Assembly (NCBI GenBank): GCA_015655125.1
Contig: JAATFP010000109.1
Coordinates: 1,798 to 65,797 of the forward strand
Source: Chitinophagales bacterium
Lineage (GTDB): Bacteria > Bacteroidota > Bacteroidia > Chitinophagales > Chitinophagaceae
Length of the DNA stretch: 64,000 bases
Reading direction: 5' to 3'
Part shown: positions 1-8,885 of the stretch, piece by piece
Numbering within the stretch: the first letter of the stretch is position 1
How the letters are laid out: each line of letters begins with the position of its first letter
Notes under the pieces: generated by a model
Told to the model about the DNA's origin: nothing
What the model saw: only the letters and a program-made list of their open reading frames with translations
Database searches by the model: none
Made by a program: the position numbers and the translations under genes

Positions 1-90
1 CGGGGACAAAGACGGGAAATAATACCCTGCCGCTATGCCTGCAATAATACCGATCAGCACCTGTATATATAAGACTTTTAAATATTTCAT
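1..90 (-). CDS. dctA: C4-dicarboxylate / dicarboxylate-amino acid:cation symporter, 5' part only (runs off the window edge)
   Basis: Minus strand from ATG at 90 reads MKYLKVLYIQVLIGIIAGIAAGYYFPSLSP. LYxQVLxxI is the typical DctA N-terminus. Not in the ORF track (too short). Confidence 0.7.
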   Translation of the reverse strand, partial: MKYLKVLYIQVLIGIIAGIAAGYYFPSLSP

Positions 91-208
91 CTGCAGATTT
101 TTGAAACAATAATTTGTCCGGATGATCATTATTTTTTTTGAACAAAATCCCGCAGGTAACTACAACTGGTCATTGCTTCCTTGTAAAAATCAGTATTGTT
201 GTATTCTT

Positions 209-509
209 TCACAAATTTTTTTGTTGAAGGTATACTTTGTCTTTAATCCTTATTTGCGCCGCCGGTGATGGCGGGCGGGTTTGAGCGTTCCGGTCCACAT
301 CAAAAAATTTCAGATAAAGAGTATTGATCCCTAATTTTTCAACTCGTGTCATTTTAAAATCCGAAGGATTGAAAATTGATTTCGAGAAATAAGATGGAAC
401 GGTTTACCGCTCGCGGCGGTGATGATTCCTGCTCACAGGAAATCAAACCGCAGAGGAATACAATCGTGCAAAATATACAAAACGATAATTTCCTGGCAAG
501 AATGTTCAT
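209..509 (-). pseudogene. Frameshifted, truncated remnant of a Bacteroidota lipoprotein gene
   Basis: ATG at 509 gives MNILARKLSFCIFCTIVFLCGLISC (lipobox LISC) and stops at 354. A second frame (403..209) gives YFSKSIFNPSDFKMTRVEKLGINTLYLKFFDVDRNAQ and stops at 209. One indel near 390-395 joins the two frames. Confidence 0.55.
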
Positions 510-574
510 GGATGCAAATTATGATTTTTAGGGATCATGGGTTCCCGTTAATTCCTGCCGCTCTTTCTTTTCCC

Positions 575-649
575 GTCATTGCCAGAAACGAGGCAATCCC
601 GCTTTTCCTGGAAAAACAACAGGCGATTGTTTGTTCCCTTTCAATTGAC
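575..649. repeat. Degenerate REP-like inverted pair (GTCATTGC...GCAATC type)
   Basis: gtcattgccagaaacgaggcaatc (575-598) faces a degenerate complement gattgtttgttccctttcaattgac (625-649). Confidence 0.4.
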
Positions 650-753
650 ATGCTTAGATAAGTCTCGCCGAACGATCAAAACCATAAGCCCAAAACTTTT
701 TGTAACAAATTATCTTTCAAAGCATCTAACTTTATACCATAACCATTTACAAC

Positions 754-1683
754 ATGAACTTACTGGAAGTAAAGAACGTAAAGAAATATTTCGCTACGCA
801 AAAAGCGGTGGACGACATCAGTTTTACGATTGAAAAAGGCAGCATCTTCGGATTGCTTGGCCCCAATGGGGCGGGCAAGACAAGTCTGTTGCGGATGATT
901 ACCGGAATTTTTTACCAGGACAGCGGTGAGATAAATTTCCAGGGAAAACCTTTCCGGGCATTGGAAGATGCGGGCAACATCGGCTACATGCCCGAAGAGC
1001 GTGGCTTATATAAAAAAATGAAGATTGGCGAACAGGCCATTTACCTTGCAAGGTTAAAGGGTTTGAGCAAAACACAAGCCACCGAAAAAGTAAAGGAATG
1101 GTTCGCAAAATTTGAAATGCAAAGCTGGTGGAACAAAAAAGTGGAAGATCTGAGCAAAGGCATGAGTCAGAAATTACAGTTCGTAACCACCGTCTTGCAC
1201 GAACCTTCACTGATCATTCTGGATGAACCTTTCAGCGGCCTTGATCCGGTGAATGCAAATCTCATCAAAGATGAAATATTCAAACTGGCGAAGAATGGCA
1301 GTACCATCATCTTCAGCACGCACAGGATGGAACAGGTGGAAGAAATCTGCGACCACATCATTTTGCTTAACAAAGGGAAAAAGATACTCGACGGTACTAT
1401 CAAAAGCGTAAAACAGGAATTTAAGGAAAACATATATGAATTAGGCGCAGCAACACTTGCCGAGCACCTGATGACACATATTTTTGAGGTGGTGAAACAT
1501 CAGCCCGACAGAATATTACTGAAGCTTATGTATGATACCACACCAAACGACGTGCTGCAATATTTTCTCCATAAAAATGTCGCCATCAATTCTTTTAATG
1601 AAGTAATGCCTTCGCTGAATGATATTTTCATCAGGCTGGTGGAAGGAACGGATGCGGCAAGACAATTTCAACAAATCTCCTAA
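754..1683 (+). CDS. ABC transporter ATP-binding protein (NatA-like, ABC-2 type)
   Basis: Walker A GPNGAGKT, signature LSKGM, Walker B IILDEPF, H-loop STH; 309 aa. Confidence 0.95.
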   Translation: MNLLEVKNVKKYFATQKAVDDISFTIEKGSIFGLLGPNGAGKTSLLRMITGIFYQDSGEINFQGKPFRALEDAGNIGYMPEERGLYKKMKIGEQAIYLARLKGLSKTQATEKVKEWFAKFEMQSWWNKKVEDLSKGMSQKLQFVTTVLHEPSLIILDEPFSGLDPVNANLIKDEIFKLAKNGSTIIFSTHRMEQVEEICDHIILLNKGKKILDGTIKSVKQEFKENIYELGAATLAEHLMTHIFEVVKHQPDRILLKLMYDTTPNDVLQYFLHKNVAINSFNEVMPSLNDIFIRLVEGTDAARQFQQIS

Positions 1684-1700
1684 CAACTTATTTCAACAAT

Positions 1701-2948
1701 ATGAGCAAGATCGGTTTAATCATTGGCCGCGAATATTTCACGAGGGTTAAAAAGAAATCTTTCCTGATAACCACGATCCTTGTGCCTGCCGTCATCATCG
1801 CTTTTTATGCGGTGATTATCGCCATCGGAGCAAAAGGCAGCACAGAAAAACAAAAGATTGCGGTTGTAGATCAATCAGGATTGCTGGCGGATTCTAAAGC
1901 AGCCAACAATAAAGACTACACGATCATCAAAAATGAAAGTGAAACATCGTTTGTAAAAAAATACCAGGCGCAGGGATATGAGGCGTTCTTGTATATTCCG
2001 AAAGTAAATCTCGATACACCACATGGAATCGTTCTCCATAGCGAGTCTACCGTGAGCTTTGCAACCACCGAGGCAATCCGGAACATCATCGACCAAAATA
2101 TTGAAGCAAAGCGATTGTCGGCTTCCGGAATTGACCCTGCGAAATATCAACAGATCAAATCCGATGTAAAGATCGAAACTACGATCGATACCAAAGATGG
2201 CGGCAAGAAAGGAAACATATATGTAGCATACGGTGTGTCTTACGGTTGCGGAATCCTGATATATATGATGATGATCATTTACGGCACGCAGGTAATGCGC
2301 GGCGTAACGGAAGAAAAAACCAACCGCATTGCGGAGGTAGTGGTAAGTTCTGTAAAACCTTTTGAATTGATGATGGGCAAGATTATCGGCATCGGTGCAG
2401 TTGGCTTAACACAATTTGCTATCTGGATATTGCTGATATTCGGCATCTCGCAGGTCTTCCCGATGCTAGCGCCTGATACGACTATTTTATCGGGAATCAT
2501 GCAGGGACTCTCTTCTTTGCCCGTGGGTAGAATTATATTGTATTTCCTCGTTTATTTCGTAGGCGGCTATCTCACTTACGCGTCGTTATTTGCAGCGGTA
2601 GGCAGCGTTGTAAGTGAAGATCAGCAGGAAGCGCAACAATTGATGTTTCCCATCCTGATGCCGATCATCCTTGGCTTTGTGATCATGAGCAAGGCAGTGA
2701 ATGATCCCAATAGTTCGCTTGCTGTATTTGGCAGTTTGTTTCCGCTCACTTCACCGATCGTGATGATGGGAAGGATCACTTACAGTATTCCGGTATGGCA
2801 GGTTGCCACTTCTATGTTGCTTCTCGTTGCATGTTTTCTTTTATTAACATGGCTCACCGGAAAGATCTACCGCACGGGAATTTTAATGTATGGCAAAAAA
2901 CCAAGCTGGAAGGAAATGATGAAATGGGCATTTAGAAGCAATACATAA
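1701..2948 (+). CDS. ABC-2 type permease (NatB-like)
   Basis: N-terminal TM helix, large soluble loop, EEKTNRIAEVVVSSVKPFELMMGKIIG motif, C-terminal TM bundle; 17 nt after the ATPase gene. Confidence 0.9.
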   Translation: MSKIGLIIGREYFTRVKKKSFLITTILVPAVIIAFYAVIIAIGAKGSTEKQKIAVVDQSGLLADSKAANNKDYTIIKNESETSFVKKYQAQGYEAFLYIPKVNLDTPHGIVLHSESTVSFATTEAIRNIIDQNIEAKRLSASGIDPAKYQQIKSDVKIETTIDTKDGGKKGNIYVAYGVSYGCGILIYMMMIIYGTQVMRGVTEEKTNRIAEVVVSSVKPFELMMGKIIGIGAVGLTQFAIWILLIFGISQVFPMLAPDTTILSGIMQGLSSLPVGRIILYFLVYFVGGYLTYASLFAAVGSVVSEDQQEAQQLMFPILMPIILGFVIMSKAVNDPNSSLAVFGSLFPLTSPIVMMGRITYSIPVWQVATSMLLLVACFLLLTWLTGKIYRTGILMYGKKPSWKEMMKWAFRSNT

Positions 2949-2971
2949 TGAACAATTAATAGTTCCTCCTA

Positions 2972-3006
2972 ATTAAAATGCCTGCTACTTTAGCAGGCAT
3001 TTTAAT
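2972..3006. terminator. Bidirectional intrinsic terminator between convergent genes
   Basis: Perfect 16-bp stem attaaaatgcctgcta / tagcaggcattttaat, loop ctt. Confidence 0.8.
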
Positions 3007-3037
3007 GTATAAAAAATTATCAACTATTAATTATCCA

Positions 3038-4066
3038 TTAAGCTGTCGTACTCGTCACCGAAGCCGCCTCTTTTTCCAATTGGGCTTTTTCATCGCCAAA
3101 TACGGCATTATTAATTTCAGCATTCACATATTTGTACAGGATATCGCTGATCAGCAAAAAGATGCCGAGTACGCAGCCCATGATGAAACCAATGATCGCA
3201 TATATTGATCCCGAGGTTCTTTTTTCTTCAAAAGGCGGATCGGGCTTGTCCAGCGTTTCAATAATCGGTGTTACTTTTTGCCATCGCCAGAGGGCCTCTT
3301 CACGGTTATTGGCGGCGGCATCGCGCTGACGGACCACACGCCCCTTGTCGTTGATCAGGTTCTCTTTGGGTATGGTGTATTCGATCTTTTCTTCCGGAAC
3401 AAACAAGGTCGTGTTTGCCATATGAATTGCCTGCCTGTCGTATTCATCCAACACCTGTTGCAGCGAATCCAGTTTACGTACCGTAAAGTCGTAGTCGAAA
3501 CGCGCTTTCTTTACTTTCAGGTCTTTATAGAATTGAGATATCTTATCGATAAGCACGTAGCTGATCGGCGAAATGATGTCTTTGTCAGTGCTGCTGAAAG
3601 TGATTTCCAGGATGCCGTTCTTATTGATTTTAGCCGTCATCCCATTTTTGATGATCTCTGCACCTACGGCCCGAAGTACAGTATCCGTAAGCTTTTTTTT
3701 ATCGCCGTAAGTATTTTCAACCAATACTTCAGCAATGCGGCGGTTACCAAGTTGAGGTATCCTTTCCATCGCCACAGCTTCTCGGGTAGAGCGGCTTGTA
3801 GCGAGTTCTACGATATTGATAGAAGCTTCCTGGCTGAAGCTTTTGGGAGCATCATTGCCCGTAAGAGTGCTGATCAAGGTGCTGGTGGCGGAATTTTCAG
3901 TAGATGCCGTCAAAGGAAATACGGATGCTTTGGCAGTATAAATGACCGGCTTTTTTTTTGCATAGATATACATTGCTGCGCCGCCGACCAGGCCTGTAAC
4001 AAGCACCAGCAGCTTTAATTTTCCAAGCCTTCTGACTATTTTTCTTACAAGTTCGATCGATGTCAC
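3038..4066 (-). CDS. Polysaccharide co-polymerase / chain-length determinant-like protein (Wzz/GumC-like)
   Basis: Two TM segments flanking a periplasmic coiled-coil region, YTAKASVFP after TM1, Pro-containing motif before TM2; directly downstream of the SLBB exporter. GTG start. Confidence 0.6.
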   Translation of the reverse strand: MTSIELVRKIVRRLGKLKLLVLVTGLVGGAAMYIYAKKKPVIYTAKASVFPLTASTENSATSTLISTLTGNDAPKSFSQEASINIVELATSRSTREAVAMERIPQLGNRRIAEVLVENTYGDKKKLTDTVLRAVGAEIIKNGMTAKINKNGILEITFSSTDKDIISPISYVLIDKISQFYKDLKVKKARFDYDFTVRKLDSLQQVLDEYDRQAIHMANTTLFVPEEKIEYTIPKENLINDKGRVVRQRDAAANNREEALWRWQKVTPIIETLDKPDPPFEEKRTSGSIYAIIGFIMGCVLGIFLLISDILYKYVNAEINNAVFGDEKAQLEKEAASVTSTTA

Positions 4067-4078
4067 GCGTTACAGGAT

Positions 4079-6475
4079 TTAATTGATATTTTTCAAAATA
4101 ACGGCAGTCAACACCACGGGTATGGCAGCTACGATGATTGATTTTGCAAGGTCGCCGATCTCTTGCCCTTTAGGTTTTACCGGCACTACTACTACCGATC
4201 CTTCTTCTACATGCGGGTAGAAATTGAAGAATAAGAAGTTTTTGGTACGGCGGCTGCGACCGTTCGCATAGGTTACAAATACGCGCTTGCGCCACGGACG
4301 AACCCCGAAACCGCCCGCCTTGTCAATATAATAAAGAAGATTTGTATGCTCTTTGTCAAATGCAATTTTAAGCGGCGCCTGTACGCTTCCCTGCACGCTT
4401 ACAAAAGGATTGATCTCCGGCACGAATACCTCATCATTCTCCTGAAGTACAATATCATATTTAGAGTTTTTGTATTTCAATGCTTTATACAGGTCTATAC
4501 TTACCGGCTCATCCTGCATTTTTATTTTTGCGTTCAGCACGGAGTCAATCGCTTTGGCGCCAAGCCCGGCCGTATCTATATCGGGCCTCTGCACCACGCT
4601 TTCGCGCAACAGATCTGTTTTTCTACGCATCAATACTGCGCCGGAAAGATTGGCATTGTCTTTCAAACCACCTGCCCTTGCAAGGTAGGATGACAACCGT
4701 TCGTATTTATTCAGTCGCGAATAAAGGCCGGGATATTTCACCAGTCCGCTCAACTTGATATTTTGTTGTAATTCAAAATTCGGATTTTTTCTTACAAACA
4801 CCTGATCGTAAGGTTTGAGCTTTACCTGCGATGAAGCAGAATCCAGCTGAAGATCGGGTGGAATAGCATATGATTTTACAATGGTGCGCGTAGGCTTGAT
4901 GGCTTGCTTCGCCGAATCGATATCTACAATACTTGAAATTTCAAGTCGCCCGTATTCAGCAGATTGCTTGATACCGCCCGATAAATAAATCAGATCCTGC
5001 AACGTCATTCCGCCGTATTTGCGCACCTTTCCTTCTTTGCGCACTTCGCCGAATATTTCCACATATTGCGGATCGCCAAATTCGCTTTGTGCAAAAAGCT
5101 GGATGATGTCATTGGGCTGCAACAATACATTGCTGCTGCTATTGAGGTCGTTTTTTTGCACACCAGAAAGATCGATCTCCAGCCTGTCGGATTGCAGGTT
5201 GGTGGAATCGCCTGCGCCGCGGAATATATAAGCGCGTGGCAGGTAAGTATTTCGTGTAACCCCACCGGCACGGTTGATGATGTCAAACAAACGGTCGCCT
5301 TTGCGCAGCTCATATACATCAGGATAAGTGATTTCGCCGCGCACTTCCACCTTATTGGCGATTCCGGGTTTGATAAGATCAACTTTCACAATGTCACCAT
5401 CTTCCAGTAAAAAATCCTGCCCATCCAGTTTGAGGATCGCATTGGCGTTTACATCTCGTTGCTTCTGCTGTTCATCTTCAGAACGAATGACTTTCAGATT
5501 AGAGGCAAGCGCATCCGGATTTAAACCACCACTATATTTAAGCAAGGCTTTCACGCCTTCATCTTTTCTTAACTGGTAAAACATAGGGCGCTTGAACTGC
5601 CCCGTTGCCAATACTTTCTTTTCATAAAAGCCAACAATGATGAAATCATTGTTCTGGAGGTAAATATGTTTACCAAAATCCCCCGTGGTAAGGTATTTAT
5701 AAACGTCCAATTCGTCTATCACAACGCCCGCCCTTTTTATCTGGATATTTCTCAGGTTCCCGAATTGCGTGGTACCGCCTGCGCGCGCTATCAATGAAAA
5801 GGCATTGGTGAATGCCGATACGGTTTGAATGCCCGGTTCTTTTACTTCGCCCACAACATTCACGTTGATGCTGCGCGGCTGGCCGATTGTGATGGAAATA
5901 TTGGTTCCCGCCGGCGACACCGAGCGGAATCGAGAATAAATAATCGCACGTGCATTTTCAAAAGTAAGGCCGGCTACATTGATCTTACCCAACCCCTGCG
6001 GGAAAATGGCACCGTCCCGCGCAACGATATAGCTTTCCTGGAATTCCGCGCCACCCCAAAGCGCTACGATAACATGATCGCCCACGCCCAAGGGATAATC
6101 CAGCGGCGGAGTGGAAAGCTCCGAAATATCCATGGATGCCGCTCCTTCGAAAGCACCTTCTCCGAAGGTTTTTTCCGGGCTGTAAGCATTGTGTTTGATA
6201 TTGTCTTTCAGCACGCTGTCCTGATCCACTTTGTTATTTTTCCGGTTGAGGTCAGCATTTTTATCCGAACCTTTTTTGCTGTTGGCATCGCTCAGCAGAC
6301 TCCGCAACTGTGTATTGGACATATTTTGCGGGTTAATCTGACTGGGGTTAAGTTCATTTGGATTCTGAACATTGGGAATCTCCACAGGCGGCTGGCAATA
6401 GGCCACAAAACCCAAAATCACCAATGAGATGACCATAAAAAACCTGTGTATAAATCTTAAGATTCCGCTTTGCAT
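4079..6475 (-). CDS. Polysaccharide export protein with multiple SLBB domains (Wza/KpsD-like)
   Basis: Poly_export-type motif DYPLGVGDHVIVALWG, repeated VxVxGEVxxPG beta-grasp (SLBB) units, C-terminal helix; 798 aa. Confidence 0.85.
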   Translation of the reverse strand: MQSGILRFIHRFFMVISLVILGFVAYCQPPVEIPNVQNPNELNPSQINPQNMSNTQLRSLLSDANSKKGSDKNADLNRKNNKVDQDSVLKDNIKHNAYSPEKTFGEGAFEGAASMDISELSTPPLDYPLGVGDHVIVALWGGAEFQESYIVARDGAIFPQGLGKINVAGLTFENARAIIYSRFRSVSPAGTNISITIGQPRSINVNVVGEVKEPGIQTVSAFTNAFSLIARAGGTTQFGNLRNIQIKRAGVVIDELDVYKYLTTGDFGKHIYLQNNDFIIVGFYEKKVLATGQFKRPMFYQLRKDEGVKALLKYSGGLNPDALASNLKVIRSEDEQQKQRDVNANAILKLDGQDFLLEDGDIVKVDLIKPGIANKVEVRGEITYPDVYELRKGDRLFDIINRAGGVTRNTYLPRAYIFRGAGDSTNLQSDRLEIDLSGVQKNDLNSSSNVLLQPNDIIQLFAQSEFGDPQYVEIFGEVRKEGKVRKYGGMTLQDLIYLSGGIKQSAEYGRLEISSIVDIDSAKQAIKPTRTIVKSYAIPPDLQLDSASSQVKLKPYDQVFVRKNPNFELQQNIKLSGLVKYPGLYSRLNKYERLSSYLARAGGLKDNANLSGAVLMRRKTDLLRESVVQRPDIDTAGLGAKAIDSVLNAKIKMQDEPVSIDLYKALKYKNSKYDIVLQENDEVFVPEINPFVSVQGSVQAPLKIAFDKEHTNLLYYIDKAGGFGVRPWRKRVFVTYANGRSRRTKNFLFFNFYPHVEEGSVVVVPVKPKGQEIGDLAKSIIVAAIPVVLTAVILKNIN

Positions 6476-6524
6476 TTGAGTAATGGGTTAATTTAAAATT
6501 TTTAATTGGGGCAAATATACTGTA

Positions 6525-7475
6525 TTATTTGTGTGCAATCCGCAGCAGTTCATTGTATTCACCCCAAATCTCGCGAACGATATCGGCAGCAGGTTTGATG
6601 GATCTTATAAGACTGCTCACCTGCCCTATTTCCAGTTCTCCCTCGTCAAGGTCGCCCTCAAACATGCCTTTCTTTGCCCGCCCGCGCCCGAGCAGATTTT
6701 GCAAATCTTCCGGCGACGCGTTCCGTGCCTCTGCTTGCTGCACTTCGCTGTAAAATTTATTTTTAATGAGCCTCACAGGCGTGAGTTGTTTTAAGGTGAG
6801 TACGGTATCCCCTTCTTTTGCCTGCAAGATGCTGTTTTTGAAATTGTCATGACAGGATGCTTCCGGACTGGCGATGAACCGGCTGCCGATTTGCACGCCA
6901 TCTGCGCCGAGCATCATTGCTGCAGCCATTTGCCTGCCGGTGGCGATACCACCGGCGGCGATCACCGGAATGGAAACAGTTTCCCGAACAGCGGGGATCA
7001 ATACAAAACTGGTCGTCTCCTCACGGCCATTGTGGCCGCCGGCTTCGAAGCCTTCAGCTACAACTGCATCACATCCCGCATCCTGTGCCTTTAACGCAAA
7101 TTTTGAACTGCTTACAACGTGTACCACTTTGATACCGTGCTGTTGTAAAACAGATGTATAGATTTTGGGATTACCCGCGCTGCTGAAAACGACAGGCACC
7201 TTTTCGTCGATGATTGCCTGGATATGCCGATCGATAGCCGGATATAATAATGGAACATTGACCGCAAAGGGCTTGTTCGTAGCCGCTTTGCACTTTTGAA
7301 TATGCTCTTTCAGTACTTCGGGATACATGCTTCCTGCGCCCAGCATTCCGAGTCCGCCGGCGTTGCTCACTGCGCTGGCAAGCCGCCATCCGCTCGCCCA
7401 GATCATTCCAGCCTGGATGATGGGAATCTCAATGTTAAAGAGTTGAGTTATTTTATGGGAGTTTGTCGCAAGCAT
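6525..7475 (-). CDS. Nitronate monooxygenase family flavoprotein (FabK-like enoyl-ACP reductase)
   Basis: PIIQAGM, AEGFEAGGHNG, VIAAGGIA, GVQIGSRF motifs of the NMO/FabK FMN TIM barrel. Confidence 0.85.
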   Translation of the reverse strand: MLATNSHKITQLFNIEIPIIQAGMIWASGWRLASAVSNAGGLGMLGAGSMYPEVLKEHIQKCKAATNKPFAVNVPLLYPAIDRHIQAIIDEKVPVVFSSAGNPKIYTSVLQQHGIKVVHVVSSSKFALKAQDAGCDAVVAEGFEAGGHNGREETTSFVLIPAVRETVSIPVIAAGGIATGRQMAAAMMLGADGVQIGSRFIASPEASCHDNFKNSILQAKEGDTVLTLKQLTPVRLIKNKFYSEVQQAEARNASPEDLQNLLGRGRAKKGMFEGDLDEGELEIGQVSSLIRSIKPAADIVREIWGEYNELLRIAHK

Positions 7476-7483
7476 CAGGCAAG

Positions 7484-7605
7484 TTTAGAAGTTTAGCGAT
7501 CATAGTTAGTTGCAGCGTAAGGACCATACATTTATCAATTCAGGCAGACTTAAAGTAGATTTGAATTCCGAATGCAATCTAACCTCTAATCGCTAAACTT
7601 CTAAA
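7484..7605. repeat. 122-bp spacer bounded by perfect 17-bp inverted repeats
   Basis: tttagaagtttagcgat (7484-7500) and atcgctaaacttctaaa (7589-7605). Confidence 0.8.
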
Positions 7606-8613
7606 TTATCCCCGGCTTCCACCAAGATCAATCGCCGTATTATCACCAATGTTTAAATTACGGCTCACGCCTTTCACTTCCGCATCGCTGCCAATGAGTG
7701 AATTATTTAAAACAATCTCATACAAATTAGAATAGGCCCCCACGATGGAATCCTTTATGATCACGTGGTTGATGATCGTATGATCGCCGACGGCGACGTT
7801 GGGGCCGATCACAGAATTCTGGATCACGCAACCCGCGCCGATACTTACGGGGGGAATAATTATGGTATTGGAATAATCTTCCGAGGTTTTCACATTGCCG
7901 CCGAATTTTTTCAACAGGATGGCATTGGATGCCAGCAACGATTCCTTTTTTCCGCAATCAAACCAATTCTGTACCTTAAAGGCCTGGAACCTCGCACCCT
8001 GCTGAATCATGCATTCCAACGCATCTGTGAGATTAAATTCGTCGTAGCTGCGGATCTTGTTGTCCTGGATTTTTTTCAGACAACTGAAAAGAATCGCCGT
8101 TTCTTTTATTTTATATACGCCCACAAGTGCCATATTGCTCTTTGGGATGGCGGGTTTTTCCACTACGCGGCTGATGAAAAAGCTGCCATCTTCCATTTCG
8201 GCTACGCCGAAATTTCGGGGATCATCCACTTTTTTTACACCCAGCATTGAAAAAGGGGTTTTGAGCATTTCCTGTACGTCGTATTCTGCGATCGTATCGC
8301 CCAAAACAATGAGTACCTCGTCTTCGCCCACTATTTCTTTTGTAAGATCGATGGCATGTCCTGTACCCTGCCGCTCACTCTGGGTAACGAAATAGCAGTT
8401 CAGTTCAGGGTAATTACTGATCACGTAATCCTGGATTTTTTCACCAAGATAGCCGATTATGAAAATGAAATCGGTGATGCCGGCATCACGAAGCTGGTCA
8501 ACGATAATGCTGAGTATAGTTTTCCCTGCAAGGGGAATCAATGCTTTTGGTTGTGTGTATGTATGCGGGCGAAGCTTTGTTCCTGCCCCCGCAACCGGTA
8601 TGATAGCCTTCAT
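7606..8613 (-). CDS. Sugar-phosphate nucleotidyltransferase (glucose-1-phosphate thymidylyltransferase-like, long form with LbH tail)
   Basis: AIIPVAGAGTKLRPHTYTQPKALIP, VEKP, WFDCGKKESLL; C-terminal hexapeptide-like repeats. Confidence 0.9.
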   Translation of the reverse strand: MKAIIPVAGAGTKLRPHTYTQPKALIPLAGKTILSIIVDQLRDAGITDFIFIIGYLGEKIQDYVISNYPELNCYFVTQSERQGTGHAIDLTKEIVGEDEVLIVLGDTIAEYDVQEMLKTPFSMLGVKKVDDPRNFGVAEMEDGSFFISRVVEKPAIPKSNMALVGVYKIKETAILFSCLKKIQDNKIRSYDEFNLTDALECMIQQGARFQAFKVQNWFDCGKKESLLASNAILLKKFGGNVKTSEDYSNTIIIPPVSIGAGCVIQNSVIGPNVAVGDHTIINHVIIKDSIVGAYSNLYEIVLNNSLIGSDAEVKGVSRNLNIGDNTAIDLGGSRG

Positions 8614-8833
8614 TTATAAACGCGCCCGTTACCACGGAGACTTTGGTTTACAATATAATTCTCACACTTGTAAAAAAGCAAGGGGTGTTTAGCCGGGAAG
8701 ACGGGAATAAATTAAAAACATTTTACTTATTTCTCTTGCATCTCCCCGAAAACATCATTGCTTCAAAAGTGAAAGTAATACATTTTAGATAAACGCAAAG
8801 CGCTCCTCATTTTAATTAGACATTATTTAAAAC

Positions 8834-8866
8834 TTTGGATAAAAAAGAAGCTCCTGCTTATATTTG
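8834..8866 (+). promoter_or_regulatory. Bacteroidota primary-sigma promoter of glyA
   Basis: TTTG (8834-8837), 21 nt, TATATTTG (8859-8866): full match to the established TTTG-N19-21-TAnnTTTG consensus. Confidence 0.8.
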
Positions 8867-8885
8867 CGCTATAAAAAAATATGCC

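Noticed and set aside
415-450. Hairpin gcggt-gattcctg...caggaaatc-accgc upstream of dctA, first read as a possible riboswitch
   Set aside because: No match to riboswitch consensus that I recognise, and it falls in the coding remnant of the lipoprotein pseudogene.
419-833. Track ORFs 419..661 and 579..833
   Set aside because: They overlap the pseudogene, a REP pair and the ABC start; no coding features.
3278-4018. 246-aa plus-strand ORF, and similar long antisense ORFs (5825-6427, 24728-25252, 40597-41298, 48624-49256, 59304-61253 region)
   Set aside because: They lie wholly opposite well-supported genes and have no motifs or signal features: antisense shadows.
8835-8885. N-terminal extensions given by the ORF track (glyA; also DUF4293, thrC, purQ, M12B protease, second hydrolase, kup, S9)
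   Set aside because: They run through promoter boxes or upstream genes; downstream starts give family-typical N-termini.
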